This document shows, piece by piece, positions 1 through 12,283 of a stretch of DNA of 64,000 nt. The stretch covers positions 606,792 to 670,791 of the forward strand of contig RDEW01000027.1 of NCBI GenBank assembly GCA_011109175.1, read 5' to 3'. The DNA is from Dicyema japonicum (lineage: Eukaryota; Animalia; Dicyemida). Position 1 is the first letter of the stretch, and each line of letters begins with the position of its first letter. A model generated the notes under the pieces. That model made no database searches. It was given only the letters and a program-made list of their open reading frames with translations, and was not told the DNA's origin. Both the position numbers and the translations under genes were made by a program.

Positions 1-49
1 CAGTGTGCATGGTCCCAGCATTATGGAGTTCGTTGAAACTACGGACTAA

Positions 50-480
50 GTATTGATATCCATAAGTCAAATAAGTTTTGTAAACTTTAATGTTCAAGTT
101 ATGCAAGGAAAATCATAATCGAGTGAGCATTAGTGACCTCATTTATCCTAGAGTCGGTATATGAAATGAGAAAATCAGATATTTTACAGTAGCACCTGTG
201 AAATAGTAATAAAAATGATAGACCTGTCAGTTTGAAATGTTTATTAGATTCAATAAAAAACTTTTTTAGAAAATTCGTGAGTTTATAGAAAATTTAGCAG
301 GATTTTTTCTAATAACAGACTTAACCTTTTCAATGACCTTCCTGATTGAACAAGGCATAACAGTTGACACATTAGTATTTTATTCATAAACTCGAAAAAA
401 TTAAAAAAAATAAAAATCAATAAAAATTTTGACTCTATTGACCTAAAAATTAAATTTTTATAAGTTTTAAACAATTTTAA
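50..480 (-). repeat. Unclassified dispersed repeat, homologous to ~50270-50690 (+)
   Basis: The reverse complement shares long blocks with 50270-50690, e.g. tgttcaa(t/c)caggaaggtcattgaaaaggttaag, gtctatcatttt..attactattt(c/t)acaggtgc and ttgaacattaaagtttacaaaactt. Confidence 0.75.
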
Positions 481-2199
481 AGAACATGAATTTTTGACTT
501 TATTAACAAAAATTGCCCTAGGTTGTATCATGGTGAGTGATGATACTCAGAGGATTACTCAGTTTAGGAGTTCCCAATGAAGAACAGAGTGGAGAACTTT
601 TAGTCGATTACGTCCACCTCTCGTTGAAATAAGTAATTTAATAGTGCATTTGTAATTCATCGTCTTCAACAGTGGAGACCTCATCAAGTGATTAAATATA
701 CTTGTGTTTGTTCTTATATTTTATACTAAACGTCGTGGAATCCTCAGAAGTCACCTATTACCACAAGAACTATTCAACTCGAATTGCCGACTCTCTAGAA
801 TGACGGTGGTTTCATCAGCAGCTAGGAGAGGTCTACCAACATAATCGTTAACCAATTAAAAATACCAATAATATTCCAATCAAATATTCTGAAAATAAAC
901 CAGAAAATATTACAAAGTATCGACCCCGAAGTGCCGGTAGAAATCTGTCCGAAAATAAAAGCTGTCCATTCCGATTGAAAGTTCGATGCAATGATGCCTC
1001 CTGGTTGACGAGTGACCCCGTCATCATTGATTACCTACTGTGGAACTGAATTGTCTACTCAAAGTTGAACGCAACCAAAATGAAAAAGACGTCACTTTTG
1101 TCCTCTTCCTACGATTAATTATCTTTCCTTTGTAAATAAAGAGCGTGTCCTGTCTAAGTGGAGGTTCAGTATCGGAGATTACGCCTTTACAAAAAGATCA
1201 GTAATAAATTATAATCTAAAAAAACAACTATAGAATGCTTTAGTTGGCTTGCGCTCTAACGACCGTAGCTGAGCTGCTCAGTTATGCTGCATAAACTTAG
1301 TGGCCGTAAACGTACCTCTTGATTTCCTACTTACTGCTAATCAGTCTCCCATAACAGAAATGTTCATTCTGGCTTCATGACTGAAATAGAAAACCTGATA
1401 CTCTTTTATCTGATAGAGGTAGAAACATCAGTCTTTAATGTACAAAACGAGGTTCTCACATTCATTATTTCTCATTAAAGAAGAATGATGATGATAACGT
1501 AAGGACTCTGGAGGAGAATCGTAAATTCCTTTCAACTCCTGTAAGGAGTACTGGAGTATGTGCAACTAGAGAAACTTTAAAAAAAAGTCATCTTCATTCA
1601 CTTGTCCCATGCAAGCTTTAATTTATCTGTGTATGAGTTAAGTATCTGATTGCACGAAAAGACGGCCTTTCAAATGTGATTCATATTTCTCGTGATTAAA
1701 ATTATAAAGACGGTAATAGAAAGCTGTAGTGTGAACATCCTTGCAAAAAGTAATACAGGAGGTTGATAAAATGGTCTTTAATTTCCCTCAAAGACTAACA
1801 CAAATTTGCCTCTTCTTTATATTATTACCTATACTGCAGTATCTTTCCACAATCCAAAAGTATAATATTAAAAAAATCACAATAACGAGTATATAATTCA
1901 TTAATTATATATTTGTCAAAATTTTTTTTTAAAATGGTCAACCACCAACAATAAAATTTATTACACGCGGTTTTTATGGTCGTTTCTTGTGGATTTTTGT
2001 ATGTAGTTTTCATCAGCATTACATCATTATTGAAATTACAAGATGCATCATACTTTATTAAATTAATCTTTGATTTATCAATTCGTTATGTTGCTTTTAA
2101 TTATAAAGAAATTGTGTTAATGTCGACTTTATATTTTATACTATTTTTATTGGAAGTCTAATATTGACATAAATTATGCAGGTACCGACTCTATTAAGT

Positions 2200-2400
2200 G
2201 ACCCCAGTGTCTCCATCTGTTCTTGCTTTGCCTGGAATCATTCATGAGTGTCCTAAAGTGAGAAGGTATCCATTCAAATTTGCCAGCATACTTCTGATAG
2301 GCAAGAATCTCCTCTTATTGTATTCCTCAAAGATGAGGAAGATGTGATTCTGTCAAGTTTAGATAGGATTAGCAGGGTTCTGTATGACTCGTAGATGTTT
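2200..2400 (-). mobile_element. Highly decayed RTE-like LINE 3' fragment
   Basis: Minus-strand translation gives RWRHWGHL, resembling the RWRLFGHVLR motif of the other RTE copies here; stops present. Confidence 0.35.
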
Positions 2401-2949
2401 TGAGTGGATTGTTGGACGTATCGTCGACTTTATTGCTAATTAATGTTATCTATTATGGATTACACGATCATATCAGCAACCTCTTAATTCGTGTGAAATT
2501 GCAACTTATAAACTATTAATATAAAAAACAAAGAATTAGAGTTATTGGACTGCAACCCTGTTTTTTCGAACTATAAAGAGGAGGTGTCATAGCTTCCTGA
2601 TGTTTATTCTAATTAGTCTCATCTGTTTATCCGTTTATTCGAAATATTATCGTCAGTTTATGTGTTTATTTGAAATATCAGGTTTGTCTAATTTACGCAA
2701 ACTTTAAACATTTTCTCGATCTGCGCAAATCTTCCTTAACATTCAAAAATATTCATTTAACCATACAAAACATGGGAAACTTTTTCCAAGCTCTTTAGTA
2801 AAAGCATTATGGTCGCTAATATTGGAGAACTAAATTGTGCAAAGCGGGATTTTCTCTGACTAATTCGAGCTTTACGCGAAATTTCCAAATTGGCCAGAAT
2901 GTTAAAACAATGAATCTTTCCAAACGCGGGATTAGTGATCTCAAGAGAC

Positions 2950-5911
2950 GCCATTAGTGAGTCAGTCATATCCACTTCTGGGAAGTTGCCTCCAGAGAAG
3001 ACTTTTCATCACTTCGATTGGGAGTATCTTTAGTGTTCTCAACAGCTCTTTTCCAAGGACTTTCCAACACTTTTCTTCTCAATTCATGTGAGACTCGTAT
3101 TCCACTAAAAATTCATCATTCTCTTATTATGTCAGCTGATTCTCCACCAGCAACTTTTCTTCTGAAATCAAAAAATAACTTTAAATTTTTTATTTCTGAT
3201 GTTTTATTCTACCTTCATATTTCAAAAAATTATAAAGTTAAAAAGTTTTTTTTAATAAAATAATTTTTACAAAGAACAAATGTTAGTGAGGAAGCCGGCT
3301 GCGTGGATTGCCCTAGGGTGCGCTTTAAAACCGCTGTAGACCTGGAGCATTCCCGTAGCTTTCTCTCTTCGTATTTTGATGTCCTCTTTAAACGATTCTT
3401 TTTTGTTAATGCATACTCCAAGTATATCAGGTTTTTCGGAAATTCAACATATTGATTCCTCCTATTTCTCGCTATCCAAGTTACAGAACTTTATTCTCTT
3501 GATAATGTCAATCCATTATTCCGACACCAATCTTCGATTTTCAACATATGAGCTACTGTTCTTTTCCATGATATTGATTTATTCATACTAGTGTCCAAAA
3601 TTAGAATGTCGTCTGCATAAATTATGATTTTGGTATTGATGTGTTCCGGTTTTGGCACCTCGCTCATTATACAGTTGAAGAGGAGGGGACTCAAAATTGA
3701 ACCTTATGGAACACCTCTACTTAGTTTTATCTTTTTAGAGAGCATATTTCCCACACGAATATTATACTCTCTTCCCATAAGGAAGTCTCTAATCTACATG
3801 AGCGCCGACTTTCCAATGTTCGCCATTGACAATGTCTCGAAAAGTCCTTCATGCCAGACACTGTCAAAAGCCTTGGATATGTCCAAACACGTAACAGTAA
3901 GGTATTCTTTCTTACTTATAGATTCTTGAATTGACTTCCTAAGCTCCCGGATGCAGTCTGCAGTTCCTCTATTTTTACGGAACCCCCACTGATTGTTTGC
4001 AAGAAAATTGTTTTCCTCAACCACTTTTGATAATCTATTGAAGACAATTTTTTCCATAATTTTTGAAGTTGAATTGACATTATTAAGGTTGTTCTTTCAG
4101 CAGATATAGGCTCCTCCTTATTTCCAAAGTTTGTGGAAGATGGTCGCTTCCAATATCTTGCTCCACATATGGGTGCTCAAAAATTTTGCTCAGATTCTGA
4201 GGCATCACAAAAACTCCGAGCTTGTCCCCACTACTTGGTGCAAGGTGATTAATTTCGACTGAGGTTAAAATTCTTTAACTCTCCAGACTTCATCCATTTT
4301 ACAAGGCATTTTCCATCTTGATTGGTTGCTACACAACCATAGTCAGTATGTTTAGCGTTCATGTCTCCAACAAGGATTGGATATTTATTGTTTTCCATAA
4401 ATTTGTCAACAATCCATGGATACTCTCGTAGTTTTTTAGAATAGATTCCTCGATAGTTATCCATCCATGGTTGTTTGTAGTGAGTGCTTGCCTAGTTCAC
4501 AAAGATTTTCTTCATTGATCGTGGGTAGTCTTGTATTTAAATAAGTTTTGTAGTAAATTGAAGTTCCAGCACAAGAACCAGTCTTCCAAAAAATCGTATC
4601 CATCAATTTTAAATGGTCTTTTCTTCAATATAGTTTCGTTTATAATTAGAACATCCATCTGGATCGTGCTGGCTAGAGCAACCAGCACTGAGGCCCTTTC
4701 CTAAGAGAACGGGCATTAATCAGGGTTATCCTGACTACTTCTGGTTTTTTTGGTGGCTGCCCTTTCTTCTTAAGAGCGCAACCAAATCTAGTAAAAATTT
4801 AGAATCCTTTTTTATTATTCTCATATCTTTAATGCTTCTTTTCAACATGTCAAAAATCGAGTTGGAAGCTACTACTTCTTCATTTTCAGACAAGATGTTT
4901 GAGTGAGTCTCGACAGTCTGTGTAGCAACTCCAAAAGTCACTTTTCTAACAGGTGCTTCCGCCTGGTCACTCTCATCAAGACTGCTTGTCTGTGTTGAAG
5001 CTTCTACTGTTTCTTTTTTAGGTTTCTTATTATATGTGGTATTCCAGCCAGTCTGCTCATACATTCTAAACTCTGACTTAAATTTCTTATTCGTTCCAAT
5101 TTTGGAAACTTCACTTACTCCATTATGGGCATTTTCTCGTTTTAAAGATAATTTTCCATTCGATTCTTTCCTTTTTTGGTCAATTTTGTTTTTCTTCGCT
5201 ATGTTAGCTTCAACAGCCTTGGGGCATCCTCCATAATTGGCAAAGTGGCTGGATGAACCACAATTCACACACGACTTATTATTGTTTGTAACCGGACACT
5301 GCGATCTTCTATGTGGCCCAGAACAAACAAGGCATCTTTCAACATTTTTGCAAAAACGAGCAATTTGGCCAAACTGTTGACAACGAAAACATTGGATCTC
5401 TGGTTTATTGAACCATTCAGCTTTTATCTTCAGATATCCAATTATCAGTCCAAATCTTACAAGAGATTCAGCCTCATTTCTGTCCGATATTGTAAGTTTG
5501 GCAACAGATAGTCTGATGCCCTGCTTTTCAAATCTTTCAACCGTAAATTTTTCTCCCAATATCGTTCCAAGGTATTCTTCCAACTCACTGGTTTCAATCC
5601 ACGTCGGAAGACCTTTGAGTATACCTACTGAGGGTCTCGTCGTAGCTTTTTGTAATGAATGTCTATTAACTCAAAAAGGTTTTCTTTCTTTTAGTTGATT
5701 CTGGAAACCTTCCAAATCACTTGTAGTTTTAAAGTTCAGGAGAAATTCTCCTGTGCGATATTCGAGCCACCTTGAGAGAATCAATACTACATTGAGTAAA
5801 GAATATTCGGAGTGCACCCATTGCGGAGTTTTTTACTTCTAGGATAGCAGTAACACTGACTTCCTTCTCAAAGTTTGTAAACATATCTGAAAATATTCTC
5901 GTATTACTCAT
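2950..5911 (-). mobile_element. Jockey/I-group LINE, decayed (ORF1 gag-like plus ORF2 APE-RT)
   Basis: ORF1 has three CCHC-type knuckles. ORF2 has APE motifs (RITLINARSLR, VLIINET, LVGDMNAKH) and RT motifs (QWGFRKNRGT, LDISKAFDSVWH, GVP*GSILSPLLFN, IYADD), with a premature stop and frameshifts. Confidence 0.9.
4735..5911 (-). pseudogene. LINE ORF1, gag-like zinc-knuckle protein (282-aa open stretch 4735-5583, interrupted upstream)
   Basis: CFRCQQFGQIARFC, CLVCSGPHRRSQC and CVNCGSSSHFANYGGC knuckles. Confidence 0.85.
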
Positions 5912-5989
5912 AGACCAAACTCAATATAGTGCAACAACAAACAACAACGATTTATTGACAAGAGTTAAGGAGATTTCTGGAGGGTATTA

Positions 5990-6720
5990 CATCTGAGTCC
6001 TACCATAAGGCTTGGACTCCACACCTGGACCCTTCCTCCTATTTTATTATTAATCTTTTTCGGAACGTTTCTCCCAGCTTTTTAATCATTATTCTTCCAG
6101 CTTCATGTATGTGTCCTGGACCTTTGATCTCCTCCTGAAACCATTGATCCGATCTTCCACAATCTTGCTAATCGGTTCCATGACTTTGTTTTCGTCGTTT
6201 AGACAGTCTTTCAGTTTCTTTTTTAAAGAGAGCTTAATTACAGCTCTTCTAGTCTTCTCTAGGAGGGATAGGATCTTGTCCCTCTTCAGAGAGAAGAACC
6301 ACCCCTCGCACCCATAAAGTAGGCTAGGGAGAATGACTCCCTTGAAGATAAACAGGTAAGTGTCACGACTAACGTGTAACTTCCGTGTACATAGGAGCGA
6401 CTGAAAGGCTCTCTTTCTCCTCCCCTATATGTCGTCCATGTAATCTCCTGCGTGTCCATAGTCGACCCCCAGGCAGCGCAGACTGTGTGAATTGTTTCGA
6501 ATTTTTCAACCTTAGACATCTCCCACGTTAACGTCCTTTCAAGAAAAGATCAACACATTTGGTGATCATGAAAATTTTCAGTAGCCTTCTCATTGTCTCT
6601 CAAAGTTTTTTTTCGTGAGTCAAGCACTTTCTGACAAATGCTGACGTTGCATAGCTACGAGTCCGTTTTCATTACAAGGTCTCAGGGTGCTGTTGGATCA
6701 GTCACATAACCGTTTTGATA
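5990..6720 (-). mobile_element. RTE-like RT C-terminal fragment
   Basis: Alternative frame reads DTYLFIFKGVILPSLLYGCEGW, typical of the RTE RT thumb region; frameshifted. Confidence 0.6.
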
Positions 6721-7197
6721 AAAGTGGATTGAAAACCTTTAATATTCCATAATTTTATTTTCACCAATTTTACTTTAATTGGATAATCCATGATGGCAAA
6801 GCTTCAGAAGGAAGAGAAGCGTCGAATACACGAAGACTCAGGTTCGGAATAACCTCGACAGGCATTCCCCTTCATTCACTCCCCAGTCGCTTCTAATGAA
6901 GTAAACCGATGCCTAAAAAATAAGCAACAATCAATAACAGACAATACCAGGAAATCAAACATACTTATCAGTGAGTCAAAGGTGAACCAAGAAAAGAGGT
7001 GACTAACCACGTGTTCATCTAGAAAGCATGAGGTCCAAAACGACAAAACTAATCGTCCTATTCCAGTAAAGCCGTATAGCGATCGCCGTGAAGGACTGCT
7101 AGTAAACACGAACTGTCCGTGGAATATCCACTGTCTACTAAAAATGTGTGCACGTAGACAAATAAAAAAATTAAATAAACATCATTAAAATCAAATT

Positions 7198-8020
7198 CTA
7201 TCTAAGAAAAGCTCCAGTTGTTTTACCATGGGAGAACTTACTACCAAACGAATTATTGGAGGAAACTAAAGCTCATTAACAAAAAAACCAAAGGGAGACC
7301 GCTGTCCCGTGAACTTTTGCAAATCCTTAGAAGGATCGAACATCTCCCGTTCCTCCTCTTCCTTTGGTTTTGCCATTTTCTTCCGTTTTTGGTGCAATTC
7401 AAACAGAGACTTCTCCGAGTTGTGCTTCTACAAAATGACCCCACCGAGAACATTATATTCCCCCATCATTTTCCACATCTTCTCGTCATACTCTTCGGCC
7501 TCCTGCTGCATCGCCTTCCTCTCTATCTCGCTCATCCTCTAAGAACTATCGAACCGTCGAAATACAGGCTTCTTTGGTTCTGAGAACATTCGTCCAGAAA
7601 TGCTAGTCCACAGAGAACGACTGTTTTCCTCGTCGGGAGAGAGTTTCTTTTTTCGGACACGGAAAATCCGCAGCTTGACTTCAAACAGTCAGGAAGATCT
7701 GTCATCCACTCTTCTCTACACTGCCGTGTATTCTCGGGCTTTTTTATAATGTCATGTGTACTTTATGATTCAAATCGGGGGGATCACTACCATCGATTGA
7801 TTCTGTAAGATCATTGGCACAATTGGACTGGGATGGCACCTCTTCTCCTGGAGGAAAAGGACCTATTATGGGACCTTCAGTATGTGATATTTCAGTATGG
7901 GTGATGGGAGGTAATGAGGGACCGTAAAAATCGTCATCGTCAGAGCTTTCGACTAGATTAATAGACTGATCAAAATATACTAAGGTTTGATGGTAATTCA
8001 GGACCATATTTGTTATCCAT
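7198..8020 (-). CDS. GPALPP1: GPALPP motifs-containing protein 1 (multi-exon)
   Basis: Spliced: MDNKYGPELPSN..DDDDFYGPSLPP..IIGPFPP..SRSLWTS..EKSLFELHQKRKK..FDPSKDLQ..KFSHGKTTGAFLR*. The motif order matches GPALPP1/DUF3752; introns of about 23-28 nt. Confidence 0.85.
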
Positions 8021-8149
8021 AACAAAAGTCACAACAAGAAACCAATTTATACTAAATTTAAAAAAATTAATTTTTTAATTAAATTCTTAAAATTAATAAA
8101 AATTTTATTTAGGAAAGAAAAGATAGCAAATGGTCATATAGCGGTTTCC

Positions 8150-8890
8150 TTGACTGCGTGGCTATTCTCTTTTAGGATGGGAAGTGAGATTTGCTCAAAT
8201 AACCAGCAACGCCTACGAGGGTCTTCTGATCGTGAGAAATACGATTCCCTAGACGACTCAAGAATTCCAAGAATTCTAAAAATATATTTAATAAATTCCA
8301 CTCAACTTCTTGTTTCTCTATTGTGTGGGTTAATGAATCAAAAAATATCAAAGCCATTAGGGATCTCAGCTCGGTATCCTTACTTTTTTCTCGACGTTAC
8401 TAGGAATTCCAGATTTATCATTAGTACCAAACATAGAATCATAAGCTATAAATGTACACGTGCCGTTTGGATGGTACTGTTCGCTAACCGTTTTCCATTC
8501 TCTTTACTTGAAGTTTAACAGATCCTATCACCGAGGCCTTCTTTAATATTATTAACCCCAAATACGGAGATAAAGAAGTTACTAGTTAACAAATAGTGTA
8601 TCCAGTTTCATGTCACAAAAGCAGAGTCCGTCCAACGTCACAAAGTCTATCAAGATAAAAGTCCATTCCTTGCAGTTGTGGAAATCAAATGATTATTTTT
8701 TGTACCTCCAGCAACTGGCGAAATCTGGGGGAGAACGAATATCATTTTCGGGACACTTGAGACAGATGGATCATACAATGTCACTCTACTATAAAGTGAA
8801 GAGGGGGAACAGAAGAAACAAACAAAAATCTTCAATCAAGTCGCCATATGGCACCACGTGGTCGAGCTTTAATTCAAGGCATTCGTTGTC
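8150..8890 (+). mobile_element. Decayed LINE 3' end, homologous to 21230-21500 (-)
   Basis: Shares gtccatt..tgcagttgtggaaa, agacagatggatca..gtcactcta and ccatatggcaccacg-like blocks with the reverse complement of 21230-21470. Encodes a CSCG zinc-knuckle remnant. Confidence 0.55.
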
Positions 8891-9231
8891 TCTTACTGCA
8901 CTTTCTACGTCCACAGATCTCCATTAAGAACTTAATGAAACATCGTTCATGAGAGCACCATAATTCTGATATTTCCAATAAAACAAACGAAACTGAGAGA
9001 AATGACTAAAACTCTAATTTTTACCGCCAATATGCGACCAAATGAAGCACAAGAAGTCCCAAATTTAATTTACTACGAAACTAAGGAAAACTAAGTAAAA
9101 CTGCATATCCCGCGATCCTTTCTCATAATTTAATGTTTTATCTATTTTTACACAAACTTTAATATTATCTGTCCTATCCTGCCATCACAAAATGAGCCAT
9201 TTAATAATATTTATTTACCCAAAACAAAACA

Positions 9232-10790
9232 TCAGTCTTTAGTCTTCTTTTCTGTAATACTACATTTACACTCAATATTACGTTGATTTTGTCTTTTTTG
9301 ACTTTGTCGGCAAACTCTTTGATCCACTTTTACTGAACTTGGCCTTCCAGAAAGAGAAAAATTTTCTCTTTTTAGGAGCTTTCTTTTCAGGTACTACTTC
9401 GTCCTTAAAAATGAGGGAATGTGACTTACAGGTGTCTCAGGTTCGAGAATCTTCTCTTGGTAGCTAACATCCCTAAGCGATTCAGTTATTTCAGCCAATA
9501 TCTGTTCCTTCTCGCATCTCCCAATGCTGACTTCATCGATTGACTCCTCCGTAGTTTGAATTCCTTCCATACTAGCAGTCTCCTCAACCGAGCTGACTTG
9601 ATTTTCATTCGAGGAAGGAAAATGTGATTTATCTAAATTGTTGAGTTTACTCGGTTACCCTCGCCAATATCAATTTCGCCCCCAAATTCTTGGCCTCCCC
9701 CAAGTGAATAGTGTTTGCTCACACCCGAAGAAATAGTGAGAGACTTGTCGGTACTTTTAGGGTTCGAGCCGTCACTTTCGACAAAATTGTTCCCATTCGT
9801 AGTCCATTCTTCCTGACTTACGATTTCTTCCATTGAAAGGTTTAATTCTTCATTTGGCGGAAGGGATAGTGATTCGTCAGCTTTTACAGGTGGGGGTTGA
9901 TCATTCACATGTTCAGTTCCTTCCTCTTCCCCAGTTTCTCTGTTTGAAACGTTTATAGCTTCAGTTGATGAGACGGAGAGTGTCTTTTCCGTATTTATGG
10001 AGGGAGACTCAATTTCATTGGTCTCATCCCCCGCTAGAGAGAGCTCTTGGTCGGGAATTCCCATGATTGGAGTACTCATGGGTTCATTTGACGTTAACAA
10101 TCTGTCAATTTTAACAGCCTGTGAGAGATCGTCTCCACCAGTAACAGAGTCCTCACTGAATTGGCATTCCCAGTCATCATCTTCTTTGTACATGCTCACT
10201 AATTTGTTCAACTTGTTGTGAATCTTTCCAGATCTTCTTATTATTCGGGGTTCGCTTAATTTCCTGGGTTTTGAATCATCCCCCGAATGATTTTGACCCG
10301 ACTCTATATCTCCGGAAGTCTTCAAAGTTTCGACATCTTTGTATATTTTGTAATTTTCAACGACTAATGAAGAAATATCTGCAGATTGGACGTTTTCGCA
10401 TTCAAAATATGCTTCCGTTTCAATTTTTATCTCCTGATTGGTCGAGCTGAGGGCTATAACCACCAAAATATACTTTCTCCCATCGACCAATTCAGTTTCA
10501 ACCACGTCGGCAGGTTTTGGGAGAACGTCCTCAGTTTGGTCAAGTTTAGCGGAATCCAAGTCATCCTGGAGTAATTAACGTTAAATTACGAGTTTAGAGA
10601 AAAAGACACTGCTGTATGTAATCTTGCGACTTTTTGAGCGTCGATGAATCTCAGCCTCGTTGTAAGTGTCCTCTGAATTTACGACCATTTCGTGTGACAA
10701 ATCTCCAACTGCGCTAACTTTTGGAAATAAAGCTGAGATTATGACGGAAAAGCTGCCATATTTGATGATTTCTATTTTTAGACACATCAA
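9232..10790 (-). CDS. Unidentified acidic, Ser/Glu-rich, probably disordered protein with a basic NLS-like C-terminal stretch (KKAPKKRK); 5' end uncertain
   Basis: 308-codon open exon at 9633-10559 in AT-rich DNA, flanked by short GT-AG introns with in-frame neighbouring exons. Confidence 0.6.
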
Positions 10791-11789
10791 GCCATTTTAG
10801 CAATTAACTAGCTCATTCATGAATTAAGAACTTCCTCCGTTCCACTTAATGGAAGACTTATTCAAGTTCCCCCACATTGGGGTAGACGAGATTCGACCTT
10901 TGAGATTTAGCATCCAATACTTCTTCGCATCAAAACCTGAGTTTCCAAGGAAGAGGTACAAGAGGTTGTATCCACCCTGAGGAGATGAAGACATTAAGTG
11001 CTTGATCACTTACTCAAACCTCCAAATAATTGTTCTATTTTTAGAAATTGTGTTATATTTTTATAGTTTTGGTAAAAACACGACTATCCTATAAACCTCG
11101 TAGGTCTCTTAGGACGACTGGGATCATCCAAAAGGTCGACTCTACCATGCTTAAACTACAAGTTAAAATAATATTCGATTTTACTAAAGGAGATAGTCGG
11201 ATAGTCCTTAATAGACGTAAATTAACTCTTTACCTCTTTGAAGATAATTCTGACTATTGACCCCAACAGATCGTCCAGTTCATGATTGGATTGTGTTTTC
11301 TTTTTTAACTACGGTTGTTGAAACTGATGATTTCAAAATTAAGGAGTCCTTGATTGAACTCAAAAACTCACAGGAAGCATTCATTTTATTTAACCTGGTC
11401 TTATATAGGTAGGCAATGAACCCACGTGGTAACCGCAGTAAGCTGAGCCAGGTTTACCCGAACGAGGAAAAGAGGATTCACTAACATCGCTGCTCAGTGG
11501 AGGGTGACCAAGAAACTAGTCAAATCCAAAGTTTGACGAACGTGAATACTTAACTGCAGAACCAGATCATCTACTAGGACTCACAAAAAGTAAAGAGCAT
11601 TCGTTGGTTCTCTTTCTAACTGTTATTTACTCCAAGAAGTGTGTCCTGTCTGTGCGAACTTATATGTATTATTGCTCTCCCGAAAATTACTCAGTCATAT
11701 ATTTTAAGACTGTTTGTCGAATATCCTCACAACCATTCTTATATAAGGACTGATCTAACTTCCACATTGTCTTTTACATATATGGTGAG

Positions 11790-12070
11790 CTTACAATCAG
11801 GACTCAAAGGTGAAAACTGTCTACTCGTTTCATATGCGGAACTCCAAAAGATGGATAGCTTGCACAGAAAACATTTACGAAAACTATCAGGCTAGACTAG
11901 ACAAAGAAAATTTCGATAAGAGACTATATCGTGCAATCAGTCCCATCGAGCATGAGACTGGTTGAATCGAGGTGGAGACTCTTTGGGAATGTACTGCGTA
12001 TTGACATAGATGCCCCTGCAATAATGGAACAATAATTGAACAATGAGAGTAGACTCCCCTTCTATAGAGG
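11790..12070 (+). mobile_element. RTE-like LINE 3' fragment
   Basis: ELQKMDSLHRKHLRKL and ESRWRLFGNVLRIDIDAPA. Confidence 0.65.
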
Positions 12071-12283
12071 AATGCTGTGGATCACTTTCCCTGTAGCCCT
12101 CAAAGTGGATCCTAGAGACTATTATATGATCATTGGAGAGTGACCCATGGGAGTTGACTATTATATGAATTATCACTTTTCTACAAATTGTTGTAGAAAT
12201 TAGTTTTGTTATTTAAAATCCAAGGGCATAAAGAGGAAGTTGATTACTTAGGTGACCATATAATAATTTCTGATGGTTTAAAT

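Noticed and set aside
600-1800. Possible membrane-protein exons (minus) or an APE remnant (IIDYLL, plus)
   Set aside because: No consistent frame or recognisable family on either strand.
8440-8930. Minus-strand spliced reading resembling an IPT/Rel-homology domain (FCFRVTLYDPS..PQISPVAGG..VKLQVKR)
   Set aside because: The same DNA is homologous to 21230-21470 and reads as a LINE 3' end on the plus strand, so the resemblance is most likely chance in antisense TE sequence.
10824-11009. GGYNLL resembling the PNUTS/TFIIS N-terminal domain
   Set aside because: Six-residue similarity only, and the frame hits a stop without a convincing splice.
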